Source: Squalus acanthias
Lineage: Eukaryota
Reading direction: 5' to 3'
Length of the DNA stretch: 64,000 bases
Assembly (NCBI GenBank): GCA_030390025.1
Contig: CM059432.1
Location: 13,516,001-13,580,000 of the forward strand
Every line of letters begins with the position of its first letter. Position 1 is the stretch's first letter. This document shows, piece after piece, positions 13,783-27,598 of this stretch. The notes beneath the pieces are model-generated. The model ran no database searches, was not told where the DNA came from, and worked only from the letters and a program-made list of their open reading frames with translations. Made by a program: the position numbers and the translations under genes.

Positions 13783-16776
13783 AAAGAGGTGGCTATAGAG
13801 ATCGTGGATGCATTGGTTGTCATTTTCAAAAATTCCATAGGTTCTGGAACAGTTCCCGCAGATTGGAAGGTAGCAAATGTAACCCCACTATTTAAGAAAG
13901 GAGGGAGAGAAAACGGGGAACTACAGACCAGTTAGCCTGACATCAGTCGTAGGGAAAATGCTAGAATCTATTATTAAGGATGTGGTAACAGGGCACTTAA
14001 AAATAATAGGATTGGGCAGAGTCAACTCAGATTTATGAAAGGGAAATCGTCTTTGACAAATCTGTTAGAGCTTTTTGAGGATGTAACTAGCAGAATAGAT
14101 AAGGGGGAACCAGTGGATGTGGTGTATTTGGATTTTCAGAAGGCATTTGATAAGGTGCCACACAAGGTTATTAAACAAAATTAGGGCTCATGGGATTGGG
14201 GGTAGCATGGATTGAGGATTGGGTTAACGGACAGAAAACAAGAGTAGGAACATACGAATTAGGAGCAGGATTAGGCCACTCGGCCCTTCGAGCCTGCTCC
14301 GCCATTCAATAAGATCATGGCTGATCTGATTACTCCACATTCCCGCCTACCCCTGATAACTTTTCACCCCCTTGCATATCAAGAATCTATCTACCTCTGC
14401 CTTAAAAATATTCAAAGACTCTGCTTCCACCGCCCTCTGAGGAAGAGAGTTCCAAAGACTCACGACCTTCTGAGAAAAAAATTCTCATCTGTCTTAAATG
14501 GGCGACCCCTTATTTTTTAAACAGTGACCCCTAGTTCTAGATTCTCCCACAAGAGGAAACATCCTCTCCACATCCACCCTGTCCAGACCCCTCAGGATCT
14601 TATATGTTTCAATCAAGTCACTGTTTATTCTTCTAAACTCCAGCGGATACAAGCCTAGCCTGTCCAACCTTTCCTCATAAGACAACCCGCCCATTCCAGG
14701 TATTAGTCTAGTAAACCTTCTCTGAACTGCTTCCAATGCATTTACATCCTTCCTTAAATAAGGAGACCAATACTGTACACAGTACTCCAGATGTGGTCTC
14801 ACCAATGCCCTTTATAACTGAAGCATAACCTCCCTACTTTTGTATTCAATTCCCCTCGCAATAAACGTTAACATTCTATTAGCTTTCCTAATTACTTGCT
14901 GTACCTGCATACTAACCTTTTGTGATTCATGCACTAGGACACCCAGATCCCTCTGCATCTGAGCTCTGCAATCTCTCACCATTTAGATAATATGCTTTTT
15001 TATTCTTCCTGCCAAAATGGACAACTTCACATTTTCCCACATTATACTCCATTTGCCAGATCTTTGCCCACTCACTTAACCTATCTATATCCCTTTGTAG
15101 CCTCCTTATGTCCTCTTCACAATTTACTTTCCTACCTATCTTTGTGTCATCAGCAAATTTAGCAACCATACCTTCGGTCCCTTCATCCAAGTCATTTATA
15201 TAAATTGTAAAAAGTTGAGGCCCCAGCACTGATCCCTGTGGCACACCACTCGTTACATCTTGCCAATCAGAAAATGACCCATAAACAGGTCATTTTTGGG
15301 TTGGCAGGCTGTAACTAGTGGGGTACCGCAAGGATCAGTGCTTGGGCCTTAGCTATTCACAATCTACATCAATGATTTGGATGAGGGAACCAACTGTAAT
15401 ATATCCAAGTTTGCTGATGTTACAAGCTGGGTGGGAATGCAAGTTGAGGAGGATGCAAGGAGGCTTCAAGGGGATATAGACAGGCTAAGTGAGTGGGCAA
15501 GAACATGACAAATGGAATATAGTGGAGAAATGTGAAGTTATCCACTTTGGTAGGAAAAATAGAAAAGCAGAGTATTTTTTAAAATGGTGAGAGATTGGGA
15601 AATGTTGGTGTTCAGAGGGACCTTGGTGTCCTTTTACACAAATCACTGAAAGTTAACAAGCAATTAGGAAAGCAAATGGTATGTTGGCCTTTATTACAAG
15701 AGGATTGGAGTACAAGAGTAAAGACGTCTTACTGCAATTATATAGGGCCCTGGTGAGACCACACCTGGAGTATTGTGTACAGTTTTGGTCTCCTTATTTA
15801 AGGAAGGATATACTTGCATTGGAGGCAGTTCAGAGAAGGTTCACTGGGTTGTCTTATGAAGAAAGGTTGAGCAGGTTGGGCCTATACTCATTGGAGTTTA
15901 GAAGAATGAGAGGGGATCTTATTGAAACACAAGATTCTGAAGGGGCTTGACAGGGTAGATGCAGAGAGGATGTTTCCCCTCATGAGGGAATCTAGAACTA
16001 GGGGGCATGTCAGAATAAGGGGGCACCCTTTTAAATCGGAAATGAGGAGGAATTTCTTCTCTCAAGAGGGTCGTGAATCTTTAGAATTCTCTACCCTAGA
16101 GAGCTATGGAGGCTGGGTCATTGAATATATTTAAGGTGGAGATAGAGATTTTTGAAAGGTAAGGGAGTCAAGGGTTATGGAGAGCGGGCAGTGAAGTGGA
16201 ATTGAGGCCAAGATCAGATCAGCCATGATCTTAGGCTCGAGGGGCCAAATGACCTACTCCTGCTCCTACGTCTTATGTTATGAGTGCAACGAAGGTTCAC
16301 CAGACTGGTTCCTGGGATGGGGGGGATTATCCTATGAGGAGAGATTGAGTAGACTAGGCCTATATTCTCTAGCATTTAGAAGAATGAGGGGCGATCTCAT
16401 TGAAACATACAAAATTCTTAGAGCTTGACAGGGTAGATGCAGGGAGGATGTTTCCCCTGGCTGGGGAGTCTAGAACCAGGGGTCACAGTCTCAGAATAAG
16501 GGTCGGCCATTTAGGACTGAGATGAGGAGAAATTTCTTCACTCAGAGGGTGGTGAATCTTTGGAATTCTCTACCCCAGAGGGCTGTGGAGTATATTCAAT
16601 CGTTGAGTATATTCAAGACAGAGATCGACAGATTTTTGAATATTAAGGGAATCAATGGATATGGGGATAGTGCAGGAAAGTGGAGATGAGGTAGAAGATC
16701 AGCCATGATCTTACTGAATGGCGAAGCAGGCTCGAAAGGCCAAATAGCCGACTCCTGCTCCTATTTCTATGTTCTT
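13783..16776. mobile_element. Cluster of nested CR1 fragments (+ 13783-14248, - 14249-15281, + 15282-16281, + 16282-16776) inside an older CR1
   Basis: RT and 3' motifs ([34 protein letters not shown]) on alternating strands; three CR1 3' tails. Confidence 0.85.
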
Positions 16777-16893
16777 AAGGGTTGGAAGTAGTGCAAAGAG
16801 CCACAAGGCGGATCCCTAGTCTTAAATCTGAGTTATGAGGAAAGACTGGATAAAGTTGAGGGAAGGCAACTGACAGATGATCTTAGAGGTATA

Positions 16894-17121
16894 GCAACAG
16901 AAAACGCTGGAAAAACTCAGCAGGCCAGGCAGCATTCGTGGAGAGAGAAACAGAGTTAACGTTTCAGGTCGAAGACCTTTCGTCAGAACGTTCTGACGAA
17001 AGGTCTTCAACCTGAAACGTTAACTCTGTTTCTCTCTCCACGGATGCTGCATGGCCTGCTGAGTTTTTCCAGCGTTTTCTGTTGTTATTTCGGATTTCCA
17101 GCAACCACAGTATTTTGCTAA
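16894..17121. mobile_element. Penelope-like inverted terminal (pLTR-type) palindrome with hammerhead-like cores and a 17-bp TSD
   Basis: ~95-bp arms centred at 16989/16990; CTGACGA-AAGGTC-TTC-(G/A)ACCT-GAAACGTT core on each strand; ATGATCTTAGAGGTATA at 16877-16893 and 17122-17138. Confidence 0.75.
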
Positions 17122-18009
17122 ATGATCTTAGAGGTATACTTGATTGCAAAAAGTAAGGGTAAGATAAATCCAGAAAATTAACACAACATGCAAGTGCAAG
17201 TCAAGGGGCCACAGGTTCAAACTAGTAAAAGGCAATTTAGGACTAATATCAGCAAGGTTTTCTTTGAGCAACCCATGGAATGGACTCCAGATAGTGATGG
17301 AGGTGAAAACCCTGGATGCTAAAATGAGGATGCTGCATGGATGAACTAAAATAGGCCTCGTGTGCTTCCTTATCTGTAATTATCTTGTGCTCAAAAAATA
17401 GCAGCACATTATGTATCTTTCTCCCTTTTGATTCTATTTCTCATTGTATTGACATTAGTAGTAGTGGACAGTAGACTTCAGCTTTATCACACAGCAGATC
17501 TCTCTTCCTAGTCTGTCCTGGCCAATATTTATCCCTCAACCAACATAACAAAATCAGATTATCTGGTCATTATCACATTGCTGTTTGTGGGACCTTGCTG
17601 TGCGCAAATTGGTTGCCACGTTTCCCACATTACAACAATGACTCCGCTTCAAAAGTACTTCATTGGCTGTAAAGCGCTTTGAGACGTCCAATGGTCGTGA
17701 AAGGCGCTATATAAATGCAAGTCTTTCTGTTAGTCTCGTAAACAGACCACCTACCTTAAATAAAATATATTAAAAACTACCTTAGTCTAGCTTTTGCCCC
17801 TACTTATTCATGGGAAAACTTTCTTGATTTTGATATCATTAAAGGCGAAGGAAAGATGTAAGGCAAAACCTTTTATTCAAAGTGCTCTCCTGTTGCATGA
17901 TGAAATAGTACACATTTATAAAAATACTGAATGGCCAAATGTTTACTTCCAACACAGATCTGCCAGGATGGGTTTTTTCCACAGCTAGATTGCATATCAA
18001 TGATCTTAT

Positions 18010-19740
18010 CAAAAAACTAACCCTTGACCCCTCCGTCCTTGCAAACTATCGCTACATTGCCAACCTCCCTTTCCTCTCCAAAGTCTCTGAACGTGTTGTC
18101 GCCTCCCAAATCCGTGCCCATCATTCCCACAACCTCACGTGTGAATCCCTCCAGTTAGGTTTCTGCCCCGTCACAGTACCGAAACAGCTCTTATCAAAGT
18201 CACAAATTACATCCTTTGTGACAATGACAAAGGTAAACGACCCTAACCAAAGTCACAGTCATCCTCTGATTGTGGTGCATTATATTATATCCCTCCTTGT
18301 CCTTTCTGCAGACTTTGACATGTCTATTACACCACCTTCCTCCAACACCTCTCCTCCATTGGCCAGCTCAGTGAAAGTGCACTCATTTGGTTCCATTGTT
18401 ACCTATCTGTTCGTAGCCAGAGAATCTCCAGCAATGAATTCTCTTCTCACTGCGCACTGTTACTACTGGCCCCCTTCTTCCTCATCCACAAGCTGTCTAT
18501 TGATGCAACCATCTGCATATACGGGGTCAGAGTTCACATGCATGCTGATGATATCCAGCTTTTAAAGTGATTGGCAGAAGAACCAAAGGCAACATGAGGA
18601 AAAACTTTTTTACGCAGCGAGTGGTTAGGATCTGGAATGGACTGCCTGAGAGAGTGGTGGAGGCAGATTCAATCGTGGCTTTCAAAACGAATTGGATAAG
18701 TATCTGAAGGAAAAAAATTTGCATGGCTACGGGGCAAAGGAGGGGGAATGGGACTAGCTGGAGCGCTCTTGCAGAGAGCCAGCACAGGCTCGACGGGCCG
18801 AATGGCCTTCTTCTGTGCTGTAACCATTCTATGATTCTATTTACCCCTCCCATCACCTCTCTCAACCTCTCTACTGCCTGTGTTGTCAGATGTTTGTTCG
18901 GCACCCAGTCTTGGATGAGCAATTTCCTCTAGCTAACCACTGTAAAGACAAAGCCATTGCCTTTGAAACCACCTTAAAACTCGGCTCCTTTGACACCAAT
19001 TACAACCCTCTCCCCGGCCAGTCACAGGTTGAAACAACTTCAGTGTCCTATTCGACCCCGAGCTAAGTTTACGACCCCATTTCCTCTCCAGCACAAAGAC
19101 CGCCTCCATCCCGACCCCAGTCCATCTGCTGCTGAAATCCTCATCGATGCTTTTCTCACCTCCAGACTCGACTACTCCAATGCTCTCTTGACTAGCCTCC
19201 CATCTCACCCTCCTTAAACGTCAACTCATCCAAAATTCTGCTACCTGTGTCCTATACCACACCAAGTCCTGCTCATTCCAGCACCCCAGTCCTCGCTGAC
19301 CTACATTGGCTCCCAGTCCCCCAACAGCTCAAATTAAAAATTCTCATTCTCATGTTTAAATCCTTTCATGGCCTCTTCCCTCTCCATAACCTCCTACAAC
19401 CCCACCCAAACTCTCCGTTGTTTCAACTCTAGCTTCTGATGTTCCTCCACCCACCCGCCCCCCCCACCCCGCTTTCCATTTGCCTCATCACTGGCAGCCA
19501 TGCCTTCCGCCACCTCGGTCTCATGCTGTAGAATTCCCTGCCTAAGCCCTTACGCCCATCTACCTTCCTCACATCATTTAAGACCCTCTTTAATACTTTT
19601 ACCAAGCTTTTGTTCATCTCTCAACATTTCCTTATTTGGCTCGACATCCATTTATTTCTGATTATGTGTCTGTGAAGTGCCTTGGGGGGCATTTTTCTAA
19701 ATTAAAAGTGCTGTATAAATGCAAGTTGTTGTTATTGCCG
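18010..19740 (+). mobile_element. Decayed L2-type LINE split by a CR1 3' fragment at ~18560-18840 (other L2 relics ~2040-3190, ~6990-8060, ~20030-20390, ~41500-42710)
   Basis: LDPSVLANYRYIANLPFLSKV and SRLDYSNALL motifs; tail gtgaagtgccttggg...gctgtataaatgcaagttg. Confidence 0.7.
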
Positions 19741-21929
19741 GATAAGGGAATGCCTTGCACTTCTTTAAAAGTGTATAGAACAGGTTATTTTGTTCCCAGG
19801 AAGGCACCAAATAACTTAATTCCAATAAGTATATAGTTGATTTGCAGCCCTATTTGAGATTGCAAAATATTTCTTTAACTTCCTTTGTTCTGATCAATCC
19901 TTAAAGGATTTTAAAAAGTATATCTCAGAGGATCAGCGGTCACTTTGACTATCCTTCTAAAGCTATGAGATTAAGAGAGATCTGGGTACAGATTAACAGT
20001 GAACCACCACATAAGGTTATAGACTTGACTCCATGGCCTTGCCCTTCCTTATCTCTGTAATCTCCTCCAGCTCTATAACCCTCTGAGATATCTGTGCTTC
20101 TCCAATTCTGGCCTCTTGAGCATCCCTAGTTTTATTTGCTCCAACATTAGTGGCTGTGCCTTCAGCTGCCGAGGCTCTAAGCTCTGGAATTCCCTCCCTA
20201 AACCTCTCCGTCTCTCTTTCCTGCTTTAAGACGCTCCTTAAAACCTACCTCTTTGAGCAAGCTTTTGGTCATCTGCCCCAATATCTCATGTGGCTCGGTG
20301 TCAAATTTTGTTTGAGAACGCTCCTGGGAAGCGCCTTGGGACGTTTTACTACGTTAAAAGCGCTATATAAACACAAGTAGTAGTTGTTGTTTTGGTCTGT
20401 GCTTCAGATCCAATTTTACAGAGTGCTAGATCAGAAGACATGACTTATTTTTCTACATTCCAAGGAAAATTTTTTACTGTTTAATAAATCTGTTTAATAA
20501 TTTATAGCCTAAGCCAGAGTCGGATAGAGGGTTAATCTACCGGCTTCCGAAGTAAGAGAGATAGGCTGGAAACATGTGCTATCCTATAGGCAAATACAGA
20601 GACGGGGGTTTCAGTTCGATGCCAGGGTTGACTGTAATTACCTAGATATCGAGCACACTCCAATGTGTAGGGAATGAGGGCTCACTTGTGAGTTTGGTCT
20701 GGTGCTGAACCCAAGGAAAATATGAGTAAAAGCCTTAAAATTGTAATTGCCATAACAAATTTAAAAGACCTGAATATTTGCTGAGTTCACAGTCCTGGTA
20801 GCAATAGCAGTGTTGACCTTCCAAACTGAGAATTCCTGTCTCAATTAATATTTGTACTTGTGCTTGCTTCAAAAGGTGGAATTTTACTTAAGGTGATTGA
20901 CAGGTGAACCACCATCCCATCTTCCAGACAATCGCCTAAGTTCAAGCACACCTCCTGATTGTTGTCTTTGAAGATGCTCACAAGCTGGAATATCCTAGAG
21001 TCAGGTCATCGTAAATGTGGCATCATGGAGGAGGGAAATTAAGCATAAAGTTTAATATGTGGTGTCAAAGTGTTGGAAATCATGTCACCACATCTTCAAC
21101 AGATACTCCTTTGCCACTACCAACCCTGCTACAGCACCTGCCAGTGCGCTGCAACACTTTTACAGGAGTCAACTCATTTTCTTAACTTGTGGTTAAATGA
21201 TGCTACAGTAACCCTTTTAATCAACAATTTCACACACTTGCTCCACAATTCACTAATCTGCATTACACTAGATAGGCAAAACAAAATTTACTTGAGTTTA
21301 GGATAGTCTTAGATATCAGTCAACATTAACTAAGTTTTAATAAAATCTTGTAAAATGATGGTTAGTTCAATACTGTTTTATAGTAATAGAATCATAGAAG
21401 TTTACAGCATAGAACAAGGCCATTCAGATCATTGTATCTCTGTCAGATTTTTGCTGCAGCAATCCAAAACTAATCATACTGCCCAGTGTTCTCTTGATTG
21501 TCCTTGATATCTTCCTCTGCTTTGAAAATTTATCCAACTTTCCCTTAAAAGATGCCTCAACCACTCCTGTGGCAAAGCATTCCATCCTTCAACAATCCTC
21601 TACGGAAAGAAATTTCTCCTAATGTCATTCCTCACTCAGTGACGAGTTTAAATTGATGACCCGCCCCTATTCACTGCCTCCCCAGCTAGAAGAAAATAGT
21701 TTTCCCTATTCACTATCAAAATCTTCCATAATTTTAACCTCAATTAAGTCTCCTCTAAGCCTTCTCTGCTCCAGTGGAAATAGTCCCAGAATCTCAAGTC
21801 TGTCCTCATAACTATAGTTTTCCATCCTGAAATCATCCTAGTGAATTTACACTGTATGCTTTCCATGGCTTTAATGTTCTTTCTATAATGGGGCACCTAA
21901 AACTACAAACAGTACTCTAACAGTAGTCT

Positions 21930-22650
21930 AGCCACCTCTCATTGAGATTCAACGGGACTACCATCACCGAATCCCTCACTATCAACATCCTGGGGGTCAC
22001 CATTGATCAGAAACTTAACTGGACCAGCCACATAAATATTGTGGCTACAAGAGCAGGTCAGAGGCTGGGTATTCTGCAGCAAGTGACTCACCAAGGCCTT
22101 TCCACCATCTACAAGGCACAAGTCAGGAGTGTGATGGAATACTCTCCACTTGCCTGGATGGGTGCAGCTCCAATAACACTCAAGAAGCTCGACACCATTC
22201 AGGACAAAGCAGCCCGCTTGATTGGCACCCCATCCACCACCTTAAACATTCACTCCCTCCACCACCCGCGCACCGTGGCTGCAGTGTGTACCATCTACAA
22301 GATGTACTGCAGCAACTCGCCAAGGCTTCTTCGACAGCACCTTCCAAACCCGCAACCTCTACCACCTAGAAGGACAAGGGCAGCAGGCGCATGGGAACAC
22401 CACCACCTGCAAGTTCCCCTCCAATTCACACACCATCCTGACTTGGAAATATAATCGCCGTTCCTTCATCGTCGCTGGGTCAAAATCCTGGAACTCCCTC
22501 CCTAACAGCACTGTGGGAGTACCTTCACCACACAGACTGCAGCGGTTCAAGGCAGCGGCTTACCACCACCGTCTCAAGGGCAGTTAGAGATGGGCAATAA
22601 ATGCTGGCCTTGCCAGCGACGCCCACATCCCATGAATGAATTAAAAAAGA
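21930..22650 (+). mobile_element. 3' fragment of the same LINE family as 3195-6305 (other fragments ~8310-8660, ~53700-54010, ~61430-61830)
   Basis: KAQVRSVMEYSPLAW...WNSLP and shared 3' end gggcaataaatgctggccttgccagcgacgcccacatcccatgaa(A)n. Confidence 0.85.
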
Positions 22651-23389
22651 GACTGTGGCCTAACAATGTTTTGTGCAAGTTAATCATTACTTATTTACTC
22701 ATATTACACTATGCCTCCATTGATAAAACCCAAAATGCTGTTTTTTATGGCTTTATCTACCAGCACACTTACTTTCAGGGAATTATGAATTAGAATTTCT
22801 AGGGCTCACTGTTCATCCACACTCTTGTGTCTTTCCATCAAGTGTATACTCCCATTTCTTGTTTTTCCTCCCAAAATTTATTACTTCGCACTTATCAATG
22901 TTAAATTGCATCCATCATCCTTAAAAAAAAAAATACCTTCCAAAATCCAGTCACTACATCTACTGCATTCCCTTTTTTCTATGTAATCAAACACTTACTT
23001 AAAAAAAAACCTTAAAATTTGTCAAACACAACCTGCCTTTAACAAATCTGTGCTGGCTATCCTTGATTAACCCATTCATTTCTAAACACCTACTAATATT
23101 CTCAAATTATGGATTCTAAGAGGTTGAACTGACTGATCTAGAGTTAGCCAATTCTATCTCCTTTCTGATTTCATTCAACAGTCTAGGGTGCAAGCCATCA
23201 GGGCCCAGTGACGTATCCATCCTGAGTTTTTTAAAATATTTTAAACCAATTCCTTTTCTATAGCATCTCTTAATAATTGTTTCATATCCTCCTCTAGTAC
23301 ACTTACATTCTTACTTTAACCATTTGTAAAATCCAACATACAATTTTAATTTAATCTCTCTGCCATATCTTCATCCTCCATAATTAGAC

Positions 23390-25790
23390 AATCTACTGCC
23401 TCAGGTAAGGAGACCAAAACTGTACGCAGTACTCCAAATGTGGTCTCACCAGGGCCTTATATAATTGCAGTAGGACTTCTTTACTCTTATACTCCAATCC
23501 TTTTGTAACAAAGGCTAACATACCATTTGCTTTCCTAATTGGTTGCTGTACCTGCATGTTAACTTTCAGTGATTCGTGTACAAGGACACCCAGGTCCCTC
23601 TGAATACCAACATTTCCCAATCTCTCAACATTTAAAAAATATTCTGCTTTTCTGTTTTTCCTAACAAAGTGGATAACTTCACATTTCACCACATTATACT
23701 ACATCTGCCATGCTCTTGCCCACTCACTTAATCTATCTATATCCCTTGGCAGTCTCTTTGCATCTTCCTCACAGCTTACTTTTCCACCTAGCTTTGTATC
23801 GTCATCAAACTTGAATACATTACACTCGGACCCTTCATCCAAGTCACTTATATAGATTGTAAATAGCTGAGGCCCAAGCACTGCTCCTTGTGGTACCCCA
23901 CTAGTTACAGCCTGCCAACCTGAAAATGACCCATTTATTCCTACTCTGTTTTCTGTCCGTTAACCAATCCTCAATCCATGCTATTACCCCCAATCCCATG
24001 AGCCCTAATTTTGTGTAATAACCTCTTGTGTGGCACCTTATTGAATGCCTTCTGAAAATCCAAATACACCACAGCCACTGATTTCCCCCTTATCTACCCT
24101 GCTAGTTACAACCTCAAAAAACTATTAGATTTGTCAAACACAGTTTCCCTTTCATAAATCTGTGTTGACTCTGCCCAATCATATTATGATTTCTAAGTGC
24201 CCTGTTACCACATCTCTAATAGATTCCAGCATTTTCCCTAATACTGATGTCAGGCTAACTGGTCTATAGTTTCCTGTTTTCTCTCTCCCTGCTTTCTTGA
24301 ATAGCGGTGTTACATTTGCTACCTTCTAATCCACTGGGACCGTACTAGAATCTAGGCTAAAAGAGTTGGGACTCCATACTTTAGAGAAGCATAGACTTAG
24401 GGGTGATCGGATTGAGGTTTAGAAGATAATGAAGGGAATAGATTGTGTTCCAAATAAATAGGTTAGGGAGGACCGGGGTCACAATTTTAAGTTGTATATG
24501 GCTGGATCTAGGTTAGACGTCAGGAGGTGGTTCTTTTCCCGGAGAATAGTGGACCTCGAACAGGCTGCCGTCTCGTGCGGGGGATGCTGATTCACGGAAT
24601 TCCTTCAAGCAAGAGCTGGACCTGTTTCTGGTTAGGGCGGACAGCACCTCTTACAAAAGGTAGGTACGGCAGGGAATTCAGGGCCAGAGTGATCTCCTGC
24701 TCTAGTTTTGATCGCCTAGATGGGTCGAAGAGGAATTTCCCAGATCCAGCCCCCCCCCCCCAAATTGGCCTGGGTTTTTATCTAGTTTTTCGCCTCTCCC
24801 TGGAGATCACATAGTTTTGGGTGGGGTGGGGAGTATATATATTGTGATGCACAAGGTATCACAATTGTGTGGGACAGACTGGATGGACCAGAGGGTCTTT
24901 AACCTGTCCGTTATTGTTCATATGTTTGTACTCCTGGTATCGTTCTAGTAAATCTCTTCTGACATTGGCTAAGAGCCTTGACATCCTTCTTAAAGTGTGG
25001 TGCCCAGAATTGGATACAATACTTCAGCTGCAGCCTAACCAGTGATTTATAAAGGTTTAGCATGACTTGCTCTTATTCACAATGGCTCCATTTATAAAGC
25101 CAAAAATTCCATAATGCTTTTTGAACAGCCTTATCAACTTGTCCTGTCACCTGCAAAGATTTGTGTATGTGAACCCCCAGACCTCTGTTCCTGTACCCCC
25201 TTTAAAATTGTACTATTTAATTTATATTGCCTCTCTTCATTTTTCCTTCCAAAATGCATCACTTCACTGCATTAAATTTCATCTGCCATGTCTATCCATT
25301 TCACCAGTCTGTCTATGCCCTCCTGAAGTCTGCTCCTATCCTCCTCACTGTTTACTACGTTTCCAAGTTTTGCGTCATCTGCAAACTTTGAAATTATGCC
25401 CCCTATATCAAAGTCCAGGTCATTAATATATATCAAAAGAGCAGTGGTCTAACACCGACCCCTGGGGGCACCACTGCACACTTCTCTCCAGTCTGATAAA
25501 CCACCATTCCCCACTACTCTCTGCTTTCTGTCTCTTAGCCAATGTCATATCCACTCCTACTGCCCCTTTAATCCAATGGACTTCAATTTTGCTAACAAGT
25601 CTATTATGTGGCACTTTATCAAACGCCTTTTGAAAGTCCATATACATATCAACCACAGTATCTTCATCAGCCCTCTGTTATTTAATCAAAAAACTCAAAC
25701 AAGTTTCTCAGACACAATATGCGTTTAACAAATCTATGTTGGCTGTTATTTATTAACCCATGTTTTTCCAAGTAACAATTAATTTTGTGA
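23390..25790 (-). mobile_element. Decayed CR1 fragments (mostly minus; a + strand LINE 3' piece at ~24360-24930)
   Basis: ORF-track pieces [40 protein letters not shown]. Confidence 0.8.
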
Positions 25791-26363
25791 AAGGTTTAAT
25801 TGTCCACCCTGTGTCCTGTTATCCCAGATTACTTAATATACAAGATCACCTTTCCGTTCTTTGGGAATGTTGGAATGCTTGTGGAAGCGTACCTTTGCAC
25901 TGAGCGCGAGAAAAAAATATATTTGGAGTGCACCTGAATTGTAACGGAGATTAAATTTCTTTATTTTGTATGAGCCACTTTTAAATGAGGATTTTTTTTC
26001 CCTTTTTAGTGAATTAATAGCTATTTGAAAATAATTTAAACTCAGGTAGTACAACAACTTGTGTTTATATAGTACTTTTAACGTAGCAAAATGTCCCAAG
26101 GCACTTCACAGGATCAATTATCAAACAAAATGTGACAGAGCCACATAAGGAGATATTAGGGCAGATGAGAGGTAGGTTTTAAGAAGCGTCTTAAAAGGAG
26201 GCGAGAGAGGCGGAGAGCTTTAGGAGTGAATTTCAGAGCTTTGGGCCTTGGCAGCTGAAGGCACAGCCGCCAATGGTATATGCACACAAAATATATGCAG
26301 AACCAAAAAGACAGTGATTTTTGAGCACTGAATATAATTACATTATTCTGCTATTGAGCATAC

Positions 26364-26474
26364 CTGAGCTAGTAGAATATTGATAACTTCTTCTTCATTC
26401 TCATTCATTTCTTCTTTAGAAACATCCTCCTTGGATAGGCTAGCAATTTCCTGGGCAATCTTAGTTTCACATTC
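26364..26474 (-). CDS. RALBP1: RALBP1 exon 7
   Basis: ECETKIAQEIASLSKEDVSKEEMNENEEEVINILLAQ; cag| acceptor and CAG|GTATGC donor; 111 nt; too short for the ORF track. Confidence 0.95.
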
Positions 26475-27545
26475 CTGTAATTGCATAAAAACAAATTGAT
26501 AACATCAATGACATGCATTGGGTATAGTTTCTAGCAGACTCAGCCAGCATTCACAAATAATCACCCTCAGCTAGCAGAGGAGAGTGAAGGTGGTGTGTAA
26601 ACTACAAGGGACACAATTCTAATTAAACCTACACCTCAGGTCTTGCGCAACATATGCTTGAGGAAAAGATTCCTCTCATCTACCCATACACGGATCTTGG
26701 AGCTGAATAGATCAGGATATGCAATAGTTAGCAAGGACGTGCAAAATATGAAAGTATGAATAAAGGGCACAATCATGGCAGCAGCAAAAAGAGTTATAAA
26801 TGAGTGCTACCATCAGGTAGAATGAATAAGAAACCGAAAAAGGTGCAAAACGTTGGTAGGAATGTTTTACAGAACACCCAACAGATAACTTAACAGAAGA
26901 ATATATACAAGTTTGGGATTAAGGGCATTAAGGGGAAACAAGTGTTCAGCACAGAAGAGGAATCAAAGTTTCTCAGAGACAACATTGACAATGGAGATGT
27001 GGGAATTCCATTTGGGTCAGAAGAGATAGCGAGGTCAAAAATGTTGATAGATTAAGGATAAAGTTATTGTCAAAGGTGCTACATAGCAGCTGTTAATTAG
27101 ACTTGAGAGAGACAAAGGAACTGTGTATTTGAAGTCAAAGAAAAGATTTTGTGGTGCAAAGTTTGATGTTGTTCATAAAACGTTAATTAGAATGGAGTAA
27201 CAGATACTTTTCCAGTTGCATACCTAGAATCACAGCCAGAGCGGAGGGTAGACAGTCCAGAAAACTAAGTTGAAAATAATAGATGGGGAAATTTAATTTT
27301 TCTGCAGCTTTAGGCAAGTTTAGTCAGTTCCCAGTTAGGCGGTTGTGTGTGAAAGATGAGCTCCATCTGCTGTTTTTGGAGAAGGGGTAACGGGAGGAGG
27401 GGAGCGGGGCAACAAGACCTAGGATTCTGACTCAGCGCACTCAATCATATAGCAGTTGGATGAGACACAGAAGTGTACTGCCCTTCCCTGCCAGCTGGAG
27501 ACTGCATGGAGGCATGTCAGAACTAATAAGAAAAATCATGTGATG

Positions 27546-27598
27546 GAGGAGGAGGAGGAGGAGGAGGAGGAAAGACGGAGAGAGCGAGAGAGGAGAGA
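27546..27598 (+). repeat. (GAG)n microsatellite and GA-rich tract
   Basis: gaggaggaggag... followed by gagagag. Confidence 0.85.
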
